NCBI GenBank assembly: GCA_001599295.1
Contig: BCGN01000001.1
Location: 1,550,001-1,614,000, forward strand
Direction: 5' to 3'
DNA from: Sporopachydermia quercuum
Lineage: Eukaryota
DNA length: 64,000 nucleotides
Part shown: piece by piece, positions 11,358 through 23,552 of the stretch
Numbering within the stretch: the stretch's first letter is position 1
Layout: the number at the start of each line of letters is the position of its first letter
Position numbers and translations under genes: made by a program
The notes under the pieces: model-generated
The model's database searches: none
What the model was told of the DNA's origin: nothing
The model's input: the letters and a program-made list of their open reading frames with translations, nothing else

Positions 11358-13208
11358 ATGACAACCAATAGTCCGAAAGATCTTCTATCATCATCAGTGA
11401 AAGCCTCAAGCAAAATGAGCATTGCTGAGTTAACTGCAAGTACAATCGCTCCGGTTAGTGATAAAATCTCCACGAAATCTGGGGTTATTATAGAGCCGGA
11501 AACAAGTGTCAAAACCAATTCAATGACAAAAGATAATTTACCTACAATAAATTCGACGATTTCGAAATCGATTGATGATTCTAATGCAAATATTTCTTCT
11601 AAGTCTAATAATGGTGACCATGATACTGGGCCCTCCAATGCGGCTAATATGTTAACAAGCCATGTACAAAGGGGAACATCGTCCTCAATTAATCCAAGCC
11701 AGATATCAACATCATCTCCTATCGGGTTNGCAGCAGCTTCTGCTGTAACTCCAGATAAATTATCAAAGCTTTTGACATCACAAGGTCCCTTGGCTATACG
11801 ACATCTTACATCTCATTTGGCAATGTCGATTCCTGGTTTTGCTAATCTTTCATTATCTAAACAACGGCGATTGATAATGGCAGCTTTAGAGACAGGTGAT
11901 GTTGCTAATAGCATAGTATTTCAAAAAGTAGGATGGGGTCAATGGGCTGCTAAGAAAGTCACACCAGAATCTTTTGAGTATCATCGGCAGAAAATACTCC
12001 AAGCAAATAGTTCAAGCCATGGTGTTGCAAGTGCCAATACTGAGAATGGATCTAATGGTAACACCGACCCTTCTTCTTCATCAACAAGTCCTAATCCTGT
12101 TATTGGCCACTATTTATCTGCTGGAAAGAATAATAAGAGTCTAAACATTCGTCGTGAAAGTNTTACTAATCCTCAAAATGATGCACATGCTACCAGAGTT
12201 CCTTTTTCTCCTCCATTGAAATCAGGATCTTTTAGAACCGGTAATGAGAGTGGTTTAGTTGATGATGACGAGGACGATGTGGACGATAATGAGCATGCAA
12301 TTTCTGACGATTCAGAAGATGATATCGTCTACGATGAGAAACAAGGACGATATGTTTCGAGACAAGCAAGGGCTAGTAGTGGCCGTAAAGGATCGAGCAC
12401 ATCTCCTTTTGCAAGAGGATCTTTGGCAAATGGTTTAAGAGATGCCCCCGTTTTTGATGATGATGACGAGGAAGATGCAGATGAGGGGATTTTTCAAATG
12501 AATGTCGATGATGATGTCGATCTGGCTGATGATGATATGATGTTTCATAATAGACCTTCCGTGTCAACCAGTAAAAAGCAAATAAAAGCTAAGAAGAACA
12601 GAAGTCTGAGTAGTAGCGCAAGCACCAAATATGGAGCATACAGGAAATTATCGACGGAAAGAATAAGAAGAAAAAGCGGCAATCACACACGTCCCATGAC
12701 GTTATCATCATCTTTTACTAATTCTTTAACAAACGATTTCTCCCTTTACTCTCCATCCAATTCCTCCTCATATTCAGAATACTCTACTTACTTACCTGCA
12801 TCGCTGCCTCAACCATACTCTTCTTCTTTTGTGCTTTCAAGTACTCGAGGATCTCAATCAGATAAACCTCCAAACTTCTCTACTTCGCCTGGAGTTAGCA
12901 CACCAAAAACCTTATCAGTTCCTGTGCCAAATAAAGAATACAGGGTAAAGAAAGAATCATCATTATCACATTCATACACAGGTGCAAGAAACAAGTCAAT
13001 TGGTTCTAGTAGTGTGGGAAAACTGACTTCTCATAAGAATAGGAGAAGTTCTACATCATCACATCCGTCTGAAACAGAAGACGAAGATTGGCAATCTATG
13101 GGTCCTGAATCTTTGAGACGCGAGAGTGATTCTCATTCTAAATCAAGCAGTATTGAGCCTAAAGAAGAAGATGCAGTGTTAGCTCTAGTCAATTTGAGCG
13201 CTGTATGA
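11358..13208 (+). CDS. STB3: Sin3-binding, RRPE-binding transcription factor Stb3
   Basis: TPDKLSKLL...GPLAIRHLT...IPGFANLSLSKQRRLIMAALE...FQKVGWGQW domain; C-terminal ETEDEDW and EDAVLALVNL; first ATG at 11358. Confidence 0.9.
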   Translation: MTTNSPKDLLSSSVKASSKMSIAELTASTIAPVSDKISTKSGVIIEPETSVKTNSMTKDNLPTINSTISKSIDDSNANISSKSNNGDHDTGPSNAANMLTSHVQRGTSSSINPSQISTSSPIGXAAASAVTPDKLSKLLTSQGPLAIRHLTSHLAMSIPGFANLSLSKQRRLIMAALETGDVANSIVFQKVGWGQWAAKKVTPESFEYHRQKILQANSSSHGVASANTENGSNGNTDPSSSSTSPNPVIGHYLSAGKNNKSLNIRRESXTNPQNDAHATRVPFSPPLKSGSFRTGNESGLVDDDEDDVDDNEHAISDDSEDDIVYDEKQGRYVSRQARASSGRKGSSTSPFARGSLANGLRDAPVFDDDDEEDADEGIFQMNVDDDVDLADDDMMFHNRPSVSTSKKQIKAKKNRSLSSSASTKYGAYRKLSTERIRRKSGNHTRPMTLSSSFTNSLTNDFSLYSPSNSSSYSEYSTYLPASLPQPYSSSFVLSSTRGSQSDKPPNFSTSPGVSTPKTLSVPVPNKEYRVKKESSLSHSYTGARNKSIGSSSVGKLTSHKNRRSSTSSHPSETEDEDWQSMGPESLRRESDSHSKSSSIEPKEEDAVLALVNLSAV

Positions 13209-14181
13209 TCACTTGATGGATAACGACTATGAATGAAAGGTAATGTGTATTGGGTATGGGATATTATAAATGAATGGTGAATATGATTGGATATATTTTA
13301 TGTACTATTAGTTGGGAATTTATGATAGAAAACTGGAGAAAGGAAATAAATTGAGAAATGGAGAACAGAAAGAGGAAAAAGCAAAGGGAATACTGACAAG
13401 AGGAAGGAAATAAGGGATTGACAACAAACAACAAGTAACAAAGTGTTCATTTTAGTGGTTTAATTGGTTGATAATTTGGTTATTGACAAATATTTTAGTA
13501 GTTAATATAATATTGCACTTATTATTGATCACTGTATCATTGTTACTTTACCGTCATTACTGTGTTCCTTCTGATTGAACAAAACATTTCTTGTATTACT
13601 ATTTACCCTCGATGATACCATTTAAAAGCTTTATCAGCATGATTAATATGATAAAATAATATGACAAACTAATCAAACACTATACAAAGTGTCTGTTTCT
13701 CGTTTTTATATATAATGTATAGATATGTCTGATAATACTAATAATAATCCATTTAAACGTATAGATTAAGTCTAATAGGATCCATCAAATTACCACTCTC
13801 ACTTGTTCTTCCTTCCTTTATTTATTTCCTTCTAATAGATATTAAATATAGTTCACCTTATTTGAGTTAAACGTCTTTCCCTTTTCCTTTCTCCTCCTTC
13901 TCTTTTTCCCCTCTCTTTCTCTTTTTCATTCGAATAAAAGTTATAGGAAAATAATTCAGTACTTTCATATATAATCATCACTAGCATCATAGATGCAAAT
14001 CCCCAGTTACTTCCTGAAAAATAAAACCGAAATTAATGAAAGAGAATAATAAAAATAAAATAACATGAAATAACATAAAAATAAGACCCCCCCATAGACA
14101 CATCATCATCATCAACTGACAGAACAAAATCTAAAATCTAATTTCCTTTCCTTTCATTGCGTTTACTTCGCTTTTGTTCAT

Positions 14182-14238
14182 ATTTCTTCTTTCTTTCTTC
14201 TTTCTTTCTTCTTTCTTTCTTTTTTCTCTCTTCTTCTT
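14182..14238. repeat. Pyrimidine low-complexity tract (TTCTTTCTTCT-like units)
   Basis: Directly visible tandem units just 3' of the GAC1-like stop codon. Confidence 0.7.
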
Positions 14239-14242
14239 TAGT

Positions 14243-15922
14243 TCACTTCAATGGAGCTTGATTTAAATAAAACTCTGAAGCAGATAGATTAGGGGATCCT
14301 AACGTGTCATGATCCTCTAATGTTGGACTTCCACGATAAAAACAATAACTGTCCAGCAGATCTTTGTACTTTACTGAATCTATAGAAGGTCTTTCATCAA
14401 GAATTGAACCAACTTGAGAACTATGAATATTATCAAACATATTTGAGGTTGGTGGCCTAAAAGGCATTGGTGATTGCCACGGGGATTGACGAGCAAAGTT
14501 CCCTTCGATACCAGTACTAGGAGATTCAAGATCACCAGCTAACGATGATGTTGTTGATGAAACGGAAAGACGCTGTGATCTATCTCTTTTTTTCCGTCTT
14601 TGAGGTTTTATTTTGCTTAAGACAATTGTATAGTTTCTCTTCAAATTATTATCCCAGAATTCTTGTCCTCCAACGTTATATCTAATACATAACTGCATTG
14701 TTCTAACACTTTGCGATGGTCCAGGTAAATCTTTTAAAGCAATGGTAAAAGTAAATCTATCGTAGTTCTTCACCTTCAATTTATGAGGATTATCATTATT
14801 ATAACTAGCAGGTCTTTCAGTAATTGTTTTCCATCCATCTAAGGTATACCTTATAGATACCCATTTGTGAAAGTCTATGTTTGAGACTGCAATATGACCA
14901 ATTAATGTTTTAGAATCTCCACTTAGAAATAACTTATCAAGAAACACGGGTTGAGGAGGCTTTTGTGTAGGCAAGGAATCACACAGCAGATTAAATCTCG
15001 GAGGCATCCGAACTCTTCTTCTTCTTAAAATGATTGGAGTCGATAAAGGATTTGCTGACTCCACATCAGAATCACTATCAGAATTGAAATCAGAATTGAA
15101 ATCAGAATCAGAATCAGAATCAGAATCAGGATTTAGGATATCTGAAGATAACCTGTCCAATTCTAAGAAATCCGGTTCATGTAAGTCATAATCATCATTA
15201 CCATTTCCTGATAAAACAGGAGATGAACCTGCTGAAACAGCAGCAGGTTTTTCATTATTTCGAAACCTTCTAACATCAACTAAATGCTTGCTATCAAAAT
15301 GAACAAACTTAGCATAAGTTGGAGTTGAAGGTAAAGAAGCTGAATACTTTAATGATGATTTAACCAACTCTCCAGATTTCTTGCGAACCAATGTTGGAGT
15401 GTGTTTCAAAAATTCATCATTCTCATCAATAGATGAGGAAATACTAGTATTCCTAGAATGCAATGGGCTATTGTTTGATGTATCAACAATCAAGTCGTCT
15501 CCAGTTTCTGGGGCTATTGATATATGCTTATTGAAGTTGGTAAATGTAGGTGTGGGCTCAAATTGATAAGTTGAAGATCTTGGTGGCGGTAAATTTAATG
15601 GTAGCTTTGTTGCAATCGGTACATTGTAGTACGATTCTAGGTCATCTGAATGAGGTTTACTTTTGGGATCTATTCCATTTGAACTATTTTCGTCATTCTG
15701 TATGTTTACACTTGCTGCAGGAGGTGATGAGGTGAGTTTGAAAAAAGCACCACTGCCATTAGATGAGATAGTACTTCTTGCTGTCAAAGTAGCAATAGAG
15801 GTATTGGCGATGGGGGCTATACTATTAAAACCATTAGTACCAGTAGGTGGAGTAGAAACTGACCCAGTTTCTACTTGAGAATTCAATCCTGGTCTAGTTT
15901 TAGGAGGTGGAATATATGGCAT
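14243..15922 (-). CDS. GAC1: Glycogen-targeting PP1 regulatory subunit with CBM21 domain (GAC1/PIG1 family)
   Basis: RKKSGELVKSSLK, SLPSTPT, RVxF-type KFVHF, CBM21 (GHIAVSNIDFHKWVSIRYTLDGW...CIRYNVGGQEFWDNN); Asp-Ser tandem repeat 15065-15128. Confidence 0.8.
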   Translation of the reverse strand: MPYIPPPKTRPGLNSQVETGSVSTPPTGTNGFNSIAPIANTSIATLTARSTISSNGSGAFFKLTSSPPAASVNIQNDENSSNGIDPKSKPHSDDLESYYNVPIATKLPLNLPPPRSSTYQFEPTPTFTNFNKHISIAPETGDDLIVDTSNNSPLHSRNTSISSSIDENDEFLKHTPTLVRKKSGELVKSSLKYSASLPSTPTYAKFVHFDSKHLVDVRRFRNNEKPAAVSAGSSPVLSGNGNDDYDLHEPDFLELDRLSSDILNPDSDSDSDSDFNSDFNSDSDSDVESANPLSTPIILRRRRVRMPPRFNLLCDSLPTQKPPQPVFLDKLFLSGDSKTLIGHIAVSNIDFHKWVSIRYTLDGWKTITERPASYNNDNPHKLKVKNYDRFTFTIALKDLPGPSQSVRTMQLCIRYNVGGQEFWDNNLKRNYTIVLSKIKPQRRKKRDRSQRLSVSSTTSSLAGDLESPSTGIEGNFARQSPWQSPMPFRPPTSNMFDNIHSSQVGSILDERPSIDSVKYKDLLDSYCFYRGSPTLEDHDTLGSPNLSASEFYLNQAPLK

Positions 15923-17619
15923 TATGCTATGTTATGGTAGCAATGTGGTAGCAGCGAAGGCTCTGACCGAGCCAAGGAACAACCTGTTTAATGAATATAA
16001 ATTCAAGATGAATTGGAGTTGAAATTGGTAATATAATACCACCAAAAAGAAAAAAGACAAAAAGAAAAAAGACAACGTTGTTCTTTTTCTTTTTCTTTCT
16101 TTTAATTTTGCCTCGTTGAATTATCGTAGAATGATAAGTTGTTCCCCAAGTTTATGAATAGTTTATCTCTTCAAACGATGCTGCCCCCTCTGCTTCCTGT
16201 GTCCTTATTAGAGTGCTTCAGCTATAGATAACGTAACGTTATCAAAGGGTATCTATGGTCTTCAATAGACTAATAGTTTTAGTTTCTTAATCTAATCAGC
16301 ATAAGATTTTTTATTGGTTCATTGAACAAACTTTTGATGAGAAGTGGTAACTTTCAATTTCTAAACGACAAATAATAAGAAAGACAAAGAAATGTTGAAC
16401 AAGCGAAACGGTGATCATCATATAATAGGACTTATTATTAATAACGTAAGGGGCCTCATCTGCACAATCCGCATTTGTGTGCATGCAATTTTTGTATACG
16501 TAAAGTGAGGGGGGCATTAAAAGATACGTACTGACAATAGAGTGAGGTTTAGGTTTAGTAGCGAAGAAAATGAAATATAAATGCATGTGTCTGTGACTTG
16601 ATTCAAATTTAATGACTTTAAAAATGAGAAGACGGAATTAATTGGCAATAAAATCAATCATGAAGCTCATATTCTAAACATTGGATAATAGAGAGTGTAT
16701 CTCATATTTTGTAATAGTAAAAACCATTAGTTTTTAACTGCTCAAAGGCTGCTAAAGTTTGGCGTTATACGCGAAAGGTTAAAGTTTATTCATAGAAGAA
16801 ACAGAGGTGAAATTTCAAAAAGTCGAATGAAGATATAATTATTAATAAGACACCAAAAGGGTTGGTACCAACAGGATAGAAACACTATAACCAAGGTGAA
16901 AGAATCGAATATTAATAGATTGATCGTATAGAATTAGTTGATAGTGTGATTCTCGTAAGAGGAGGAGCAATTGTATTTGATTTATGTAATTCGAATAGGG
17001 TAAGAAAGAGAGATAAAATGATTAGTTTTTATTGGTTGATTGGTAATTTTCGATGATTAGTGAACAGTCCTTATTATTTTATATACAAGACGAGGTTAAT
17101 AGCATGAGATAACAATAATGGGTGATGTATGACTGAGATACTTTGAATGGATTGACAATGGTAAGAAGGAGCTGAGAATAGATATACCAGTAGTGGAATC
17201 ATAGGAATTGTATATAGGAATTGAAAATAATTGAATAGAGGTTGAGGCATCAAAATCGAACGATGGAACAGAAGCATTAGGTGGTGAGTCAATAGCTGCA
17301 CTAAGTGGTGGTAGGAAGCCTCGTAGAACTAGGAAGGACAGCCATCCTAACAGGAGAATTAATTTGAATAAATATGAGTGAATGATAGCTTTTCAACCAA
17401 TTTTTTTGAGGCTCAAGCATTACTAAATTCGAGTAGCTGAAAAGAGTAGCGAATATGGATTGAACTGCTTATCACTGAAAATTGTCGGTACTACTGGTCT
17501 CATTATCACCAACTAAAAATTTACAGGTCAATGAAAGAAACTACAAATAAACTACTGGAAATAGGGAAAAGTCCACAGTTTCATTATATGATCATTGCAG
17601 GATCAATTACGAATTATGA

Positions 17620-18770
17620 GGTCGCAACTAACTAAGAGTAAACAACAAACAAAGGTGTTTGATTTTATATTTTAGTTTCTGCATGCGCATTAAGTTTTCT
17701 ATTTTAAATGACCTACCCATGTTACTACTAACCGGAGGTGAGTAACTGTTAGCCGAATAATTGGGATTGATATACAAATCATGTATTTTGACTTGCTTCA
17801 ATGGACCTTAACTAAATGCATATACTATATAATCAATCTTCTACATTTTCTTTCGTTTACGTATTGCTTCTTCTCCACTAAAAGATTTGACATTCTCCAA
17901 AATATATGAAATTCAGATTCAAGATGTATTCAAGCCTTACCAACATGCTTTTTAACTTTAGAATGCCCGTTTCTCTCCGGTATTGCCTTTTTCTCTGGTT
18001 AAACAAAAAAGTAACACATCTTTAACAAGGAGGTTGAAGATACTAATTAATGTACCAATAGACCCTTGAGCAGTAGGGGCTCGTTTATGTTGGATGTCTA
18101 TGCTCCCACACCCTAAACAGGAAAAAATGCTATGCACTCCGCATCAGGTGCTGCTTAGTTGCATTGTAATGCATTGCAGCACTTATGTTAAATGCAAGTT
18201 GCTTTGGAAGCCACAGCATGCCATGTAACAAGCGATGATGGTATAGAAGCTATGAGAATGCTCATTTCTGTTCCGTTTTGTTTCCAATTTTGAGAGACAT
18301 CCAGCGTTTAATATATACACTAACTGAATATCAATGAATGTTATACATCGGGATTCTGAACTAGTTGTCAGTCTATCATCATAGTTTTATGGCAGAACTG
18401 ACGATACCTTTTAAAGCTTCACTAGTGGAAAGATGATGAGAAGATTGCTCAATGTGGAGACTTTTATGCAAGAGAGGAGAATCTATTAGCGAAAATGAAA
18501 GGGTCTGGAAATGTACGGATAATGAATGCAAGAAAATGCAAAGGTGGTTAGGTCTTGAATAATTCTGCATGATTAAGCATTGAATTTGTTTTAAATAATT
18601 GTACAAAGGAGTTGGTAACTAAAGCGATAGAACATGGAGAGTTGCAGCAAGAAGTAAGTAGTCATGGTTGCTGATAGGAGCTTCAATTTATGGTAATGGC
18701 TGGTTGTACAGATGTGATTGATAATATCTTTACTCGAATTGAAAGGATTCTAGATATTTATATAACAGAG
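17620..18770 (+). ncRNA. Candidate giant fold-back ncRNA, possibly a long H/ACA snoRNA
   Basis: About 10 nested colinear helices between 17624 and 18671; H-box-like ATAGGA 18674 directly after the basal stem; pocket complementary to 25S helix 69. Confidence 0.45.
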
Positions 18771-18996
18771 TAAAAAGCTCATCAAAAAATGAATTGGAAC
18801 ACATCCCGTAAACAGTTAGCTTCATTTAAACTAAGTATATAACAGTAAAATAATCAAATGACAGATCAGCAAAAAATAAAGGAATAAAATACGACAGTTT
18901 GAACTTTTTCTTTTCTCTCTTTTGTCTCTTTCTTTCAATANTGTAAATGCATACATATATAGCATTAATTCGTTCTGCCGATGAATTCTACCAAAG

Positions 18997-20419
18997 CTAG
19001 TTGAAATCATTATCACCTGCAGGGGGAGCAGGAGGTGGAGTAGGGAAATCAACAGACTCTGATGCGCCATAAGCAACATATGAAATTGTGAGTTTCCTAT
19101 TACCATAGATATAACCATGAAATTTAGCAATAGCAACGTCAGCCAATTCATTACTATCAAACTGAACTACACCATTACCAGCAGATCTTCCGCTACTTTC
19201 TAACTGGATTTCTGCCTTAATGACTGGTCCAACAGTTTCGAAAAGCTCAACTAAATCTTCATTTGTGGTTGACCATGGTAAGTTACCAACAAAAATACGA
19301 TTCGATACAGGTCCATTTCCTCTCGCATCATCGGTAAATTCATTAGGNTCAGGAGCTCTAATAGGTTCCTTAGGTTCAGGCACACCCTCATGTTTACCAT
19401 CTCTCTCACTAGATCTTCCACCAGCGAATTTATCTTCGCGAACTTCTAAAGGTCTNCCTTCCCATTCGTATCCGCTGAATTTTTTAATGGCATCTTGAGC
19501 TTCTTCTGGTGTTTCATATCCAACAATACCACTTCCACGTGATCTTCCACGAATGACATTTACATCAGCTCTTGTTACTTTACCAGCACCACTGAAAAGA
19601 TCTTTTAATTCTTTCCAACCAACACTCCAAGGTAAATTACTAACAAATAATTGAGTGCCTGGTGTAGCAGGAGGATAGAAGCTTGGTGGACGACCAAAGA
19701 ATGATAAGGGTGGTGCAGGAGGACCTCTTCTGAAATCTCTATCACGATCTCTATCACGGTCGTATCCTCGTTCTCTATCGCGGTCAAATCTTGAAGGTGG
19801 ATAAGATGGAGGTGGACCTCTTCTAAAGTCACCACGGTCCCCACCACGGTCTCCACCTCGGTCTCCACCTCGGTCTCCACCACGTTCGCGATCAAATCTG
19901 GGCGGAGATCTATTTCTTGGGGGACCACTTCCAACTCTGTCTTCACGTAAAAAGATCGATCTTCCCATCAAATCAGTATTTTGGAGAGTACTAATAGCTT
20001 TTTGAGCATCTTCCCTGTTGCTATATTCAACAATACCACAGCCCTATAACAATGTTAATACTTTGTATAGTAAAGGCTATAGAACTTGAAACAGTCTAAT
20101 CACATACCTTTGATAAACCACTTGGTGTTTTTAAAATATCTGCATAGACAACTTCACCAGCTTGACGCATGAAATCCTTCAAATCAGTCCACCTAACATG
20201 ATAGCTTAGATTTCCAATATATACTCTTTTATCTAAATCAAATGAGCCTCTAGCTGGTGGGCTTCTACCACCTCTGAATGAAGGTCTATCACGATCTTCT
20301 CTAAATCGACGATTACTATATCTATCATCGCCACCTCTGTTGGGAGAGGGACTTCTTGAGGATCGTCTTGGTGGGGATCTGGGTGGAGATCTCGAATAGC
20401 CTCTATTCTCTGATGACAT
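18997..20419 (-). CDS. GBP2: SR-like triple-RRM mRNA-binding protein Gbp2/Hrb1; exons 20419-20108 and 20043-18997
   Basis: RS-rich N-terminus, three RRMs ([16 protein letters not shown]), (GGDR)x4; intron GTATGT(20107)...TATTAAC...TAG(20044) restores SK|GCGIVEY. Confidence 0.9.
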
Positions 20420-20429
20420 TTTGTTACTT

Positions 20430-20505
20430 CTATCAATTAGTTAGCTTCCAAAATCTTTCTCCTAAATTCTCTTCCTTCTTTCTGAGTATTAACGCCTCCA
20501 CATAC
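20430..20505 (-). other. 5'-UTR intron of GBP2/HRB1 (76 nt)
   Basis: GTATGT at 20505, AGCTAAC branch near 20440-20446, TAG ending 20430, 10 nt upstream of the ATG. Confidence 0.7.
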
Positions 20506-20632
20506 CAGTAAACTAGTACTAATATCCCAACCTTCAACAAATTAGAACAAAACACCATCTACACATTAACACGTCAGCAACTCATCTACCATAGTTTTTT
20601 TGGATTTCTTTAATATCGATCCATCTTTACAT

Positions 20633-20633
<1 letters not shown>

Positions 20634-20677
<44 letters not shown>
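20634..20677. repeat. (TGAT)11 microsatellite
   Basis: Perfect tetranucleotide repeat. Confidence 0.95.
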
Positions 20678-21413
20678 AAATCTGCATTCAAACAACAATT
20701 ATGACGATCAGATAATTGTAGTCTTGCCTCAAGTGTTGACACTTTTCTGCACCAAGTTAACCAAGGTAAACAAACAACACAACAACGCTTTCAATAAACA
20801 TTATAAATGTTATTGACAAGCTCATTGTTCCAAAGCAACTACAATCGATCACCGCAAATGCAAACAAAAAAACAGTCAAATTTCATCAAATATTCTCAAT
20901 TCTTTCAAACGCATTGCTCCCTCTTTTCTGATCTTCATATCGTTTGTTCTCAATAGTCAAAAAAAAAAAAGAAATTTCTTTTAGAAAATTTCTATCTCCT
21001 TGATTTCAATAATCAATCAAATCAATTCCAAGTTTTATGACTATAATATCCATTTTATCTTGCACGCCACGTTAACAGACAGTTTCAACTTCTACTCATT
21101 GTTTTCATTCTCACATACCAATTTCTTCAACTTCAACTCAACTCGATCCTAAAACAACCGACTATGCATACAGTTATACACAATTCTTTAGATTGATAAA
21201 AGTATGTGTATCTAATATTAAATCTATANACACAAGCAGAAGTAAGGTAGCTCGAGATACAATCCTCTGTTTGTTATTAGCAACAGACAAACAATTACAA
21301 CTGGAAATTTTCTTATTCCGTTGTGAGACGTATTATTCTACTAAAGTTTACTATGACATCGCCACAAGTACAATGNGTGATATACCAATCGGGTAGCTTT
21401 AGTGAAAAAGCCA

Positions 21414-21422
21414 CCGGGTAAC
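21414..21422 (+). promoter_or_regulatory. Reb1-type site in the GBP2-STS1 divergent promoter
   Basis: CCGGGTAAC. Confidence 0.5.
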
Positions 21423-22034
21423 TTCCCTAGAAAAGGGTAAGTTTGATAATAGACTATTGGGGGATACGGAAGATATTAAAAAACGTAGAATGATATTTAA
21501 AATTGACGTAAGCATAAATTGCTTATCACAGGCAAAGAATTTTTCTGTGGTAAAAATTATGTAACACTATTTTGTCATACAAAAAGGCCTCTCCGGTTGC
21601 CATTTGCATTGAGAGAACAAAGAATTTTGGAACGATAACAAATACCGAATAATTCCTGAACCTTGAGCCATACAGCTTTCTTTGATAGTAACAAAGAAAA
21701 ATTGAGTTATTAATCGAAAGACAGTAGAACTATTATTTATGTTGTTGCATAATTGAGGGAAGATCATAGAAGTCGAAAGAACGGGGGGACTCAGTTGTGT
21801 GAAGGGTGTTTGTTAACTGTGGCACCAACGTACTAATAACAGGATAGTTTAACTATTTTTATGATAAGTCAGCAAATATTGGTGTAAAAGTATTTATTGG
21901 AAAGAATCTGTTTAGTATCTGTTTCTTCTTGTCAATAACTAATAGTTTATTGCGGGCCTGTGCATATATTTGTTAGCTTTGCTGTCCCAAAGACAAACAA
22001 GAGAACTCTACAAGAAAAGACTGCCATTTGAATT

Positions 22035-23267
22035 ATGAATGGAGTTCTTCCTTCAGCCTTTGCTTGGGGGTGTCATAACACCAAGAATACCAACAAAGAT
22101 GAAAATAAATCGGTTCGGAATCAAAATAAACCAAATGTGAATAATCGGTTGAAAGGTAAGGACAATGAATCCGAAAGGAATGCGAAGTCACCAACGACCA
22201 CAGCACTATTCAACCGATCTAATCAATCTAAAGGTTCAACCAAGCCGGGATTAAAACGCAAGTTCAGTGTTGAACATAATCTATATCTTGGTAATGAAGA
22301 ATCAGAAAATACGGACAATTCTCTGTTATCGGCATCACATCGAAGCTTCACTCCAGCAAATTTATCAAGAACGTCACCAAAGAAAGTCAACAAGTTACCA
22401 AAACGACATAAAAGTGGTCATAACTTGTCTTCATCTTTAAGTGCACTCACTGGTGCTCAATCCAATGTTGGTAGAATCAATGGGTGTGCATTACCTATAA
22501 GCAGAGTACTTGAGTCACATGATGCCAAAGAATTGAGAACAATAATTGAGTCTTTAGTATATAATCATCCAGAGTTACAACACGAAGTCATTACGAAAGC
22601 ACCTAGACCAACAATCCAATCATCATTGAACATTCTGAATAAATATTTAGATAACATCTTTGAATCATTCCCCTATAGAGTTGATAAAGACTCTGATTAT
22701 GCTTANTTAAGAGTCAAAGGATCTTTAGACGAGTTCTTCAAGGCTCTCAGCGACTACACATTACATTTCTTACCACCGAATGAAACTAATCATTTCGAAT
22801 CTCTTGAATTTCTTGATGAGGCTACAAGTTTATTGCATAAGCTTCCAAAATGGAACAATGAATTAATTAAGAACTATNCCAAGTTCTTAGCATATGAAGA
22901 ACTATCAACAGTTTGGTGCTCAATACTCAAAGAATCTTATCAATGTAAGAAACTGAACTTGATCAATTTTATTAGTGGAAACTGGGAAATGAAAATAAAC
23001 AAACATAATGAACTATCTGAGGGGAAATTAGTATCTGTTGTTGAGATGATTAATCTAATCAAACAAGGTCTAGAAGTAGATACATCAGGTTTTCAGCAGA
23101 GTGAGATTTATGATAANGAACTATTTCATGAACAAGATAATGAAGAACAATTTGGTTCTTCTGATGGAGACACAAATTTCGGAGTAAACAATAATTTTGC
23201 TTTTGATAATTCGCCTTTACGATCAAGTTATCAAAGTCACAATGGGATGATTTCTGAGGGTATTTAG
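22035..23267 (+). CDS. STS1: Nuclear proteasome tethering factor Sts1/Cut8
   Basis: Basic NLS clusters, GCALPISRVLESHD, PY...DYAxLRVK, DYTLHFLPPNE...SLEFLDEAT...LPKW. Confidence 0.88.
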   Translation: MNGVLPSAFAWGCHNTKNTNKDENKSVRNQNKPNVNNRLKGKDNESERNAKSPTTTALFNRSNQSKGSTKPGLKRKFSVEHNLYLGNEESENTDNSLLSASHRSFTPANLSRTSPKKVNKLPKRHKSGHNLSSSLSALTGAQSNVGRINGCALPISRVLESHDAKELRTIIESLVYNHPELQHEVITKAPRPTIQSSLNILNKYLDNIFESFPYRVDKDSDYAXLRVKGSLDEFFKALSDYTLHFLPPNETNHFESLEFLDEATSLLHKLPKWNNELIKNYXKFLAYEELSTVWCSILKESYQCKKLNLINFISGNWEMKINKHNELSEGKLVSVVEMINLIKQGLEVDTSGFQQSEIYDXELFHEQDNEEQFGSSDGDTNFGVNNNFAFDNSPLRSSYQSHNGMISEGI

Positions 23268-23552
23268 AAATTTAAAGGAGGTAACTCGGCGATCATATAG
23301 TTATGAATTTATAGAAAGTGTCGGGAATAATGAACGTGTGCTTAAGTTTACGTCAACTGACAGCGTTTGGACAATACGTCCTGAGCTGGTAGATAAAATG
23401 CTTCTACTGTAGTGGAAAACGAACCATAAATAGTATTGCGTATATGAAATGGTACCTGAAATTACATTCTTCTGACCCTCGTCTGAACCCATTGATCTAC
23501 AAATCTGATCATAATATAAATCCAATTTATTATCCTACAGTTCCTTCTCTAA

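Noticed and set aside
18101..18116. CCCACACCCTAA as an alternative telomerase template
   Set aside because: Only a 3-nt overlap, no boundary helix 5' of it, and weaker than the 10218-10239 candidate
21409..21416. Rpn4 PACE site upstream of STS1
   Set aside because: GGTGGCTTT deviates from the GGTGGCAAA consensus
21437..21842. STS1 5'-UTR intron (GTAAGT...TACTAAT...CAG)
   Set aside because: Donor abuts a Reb1 site in the likely promoter, and its length and branch spacing differ from the other introns
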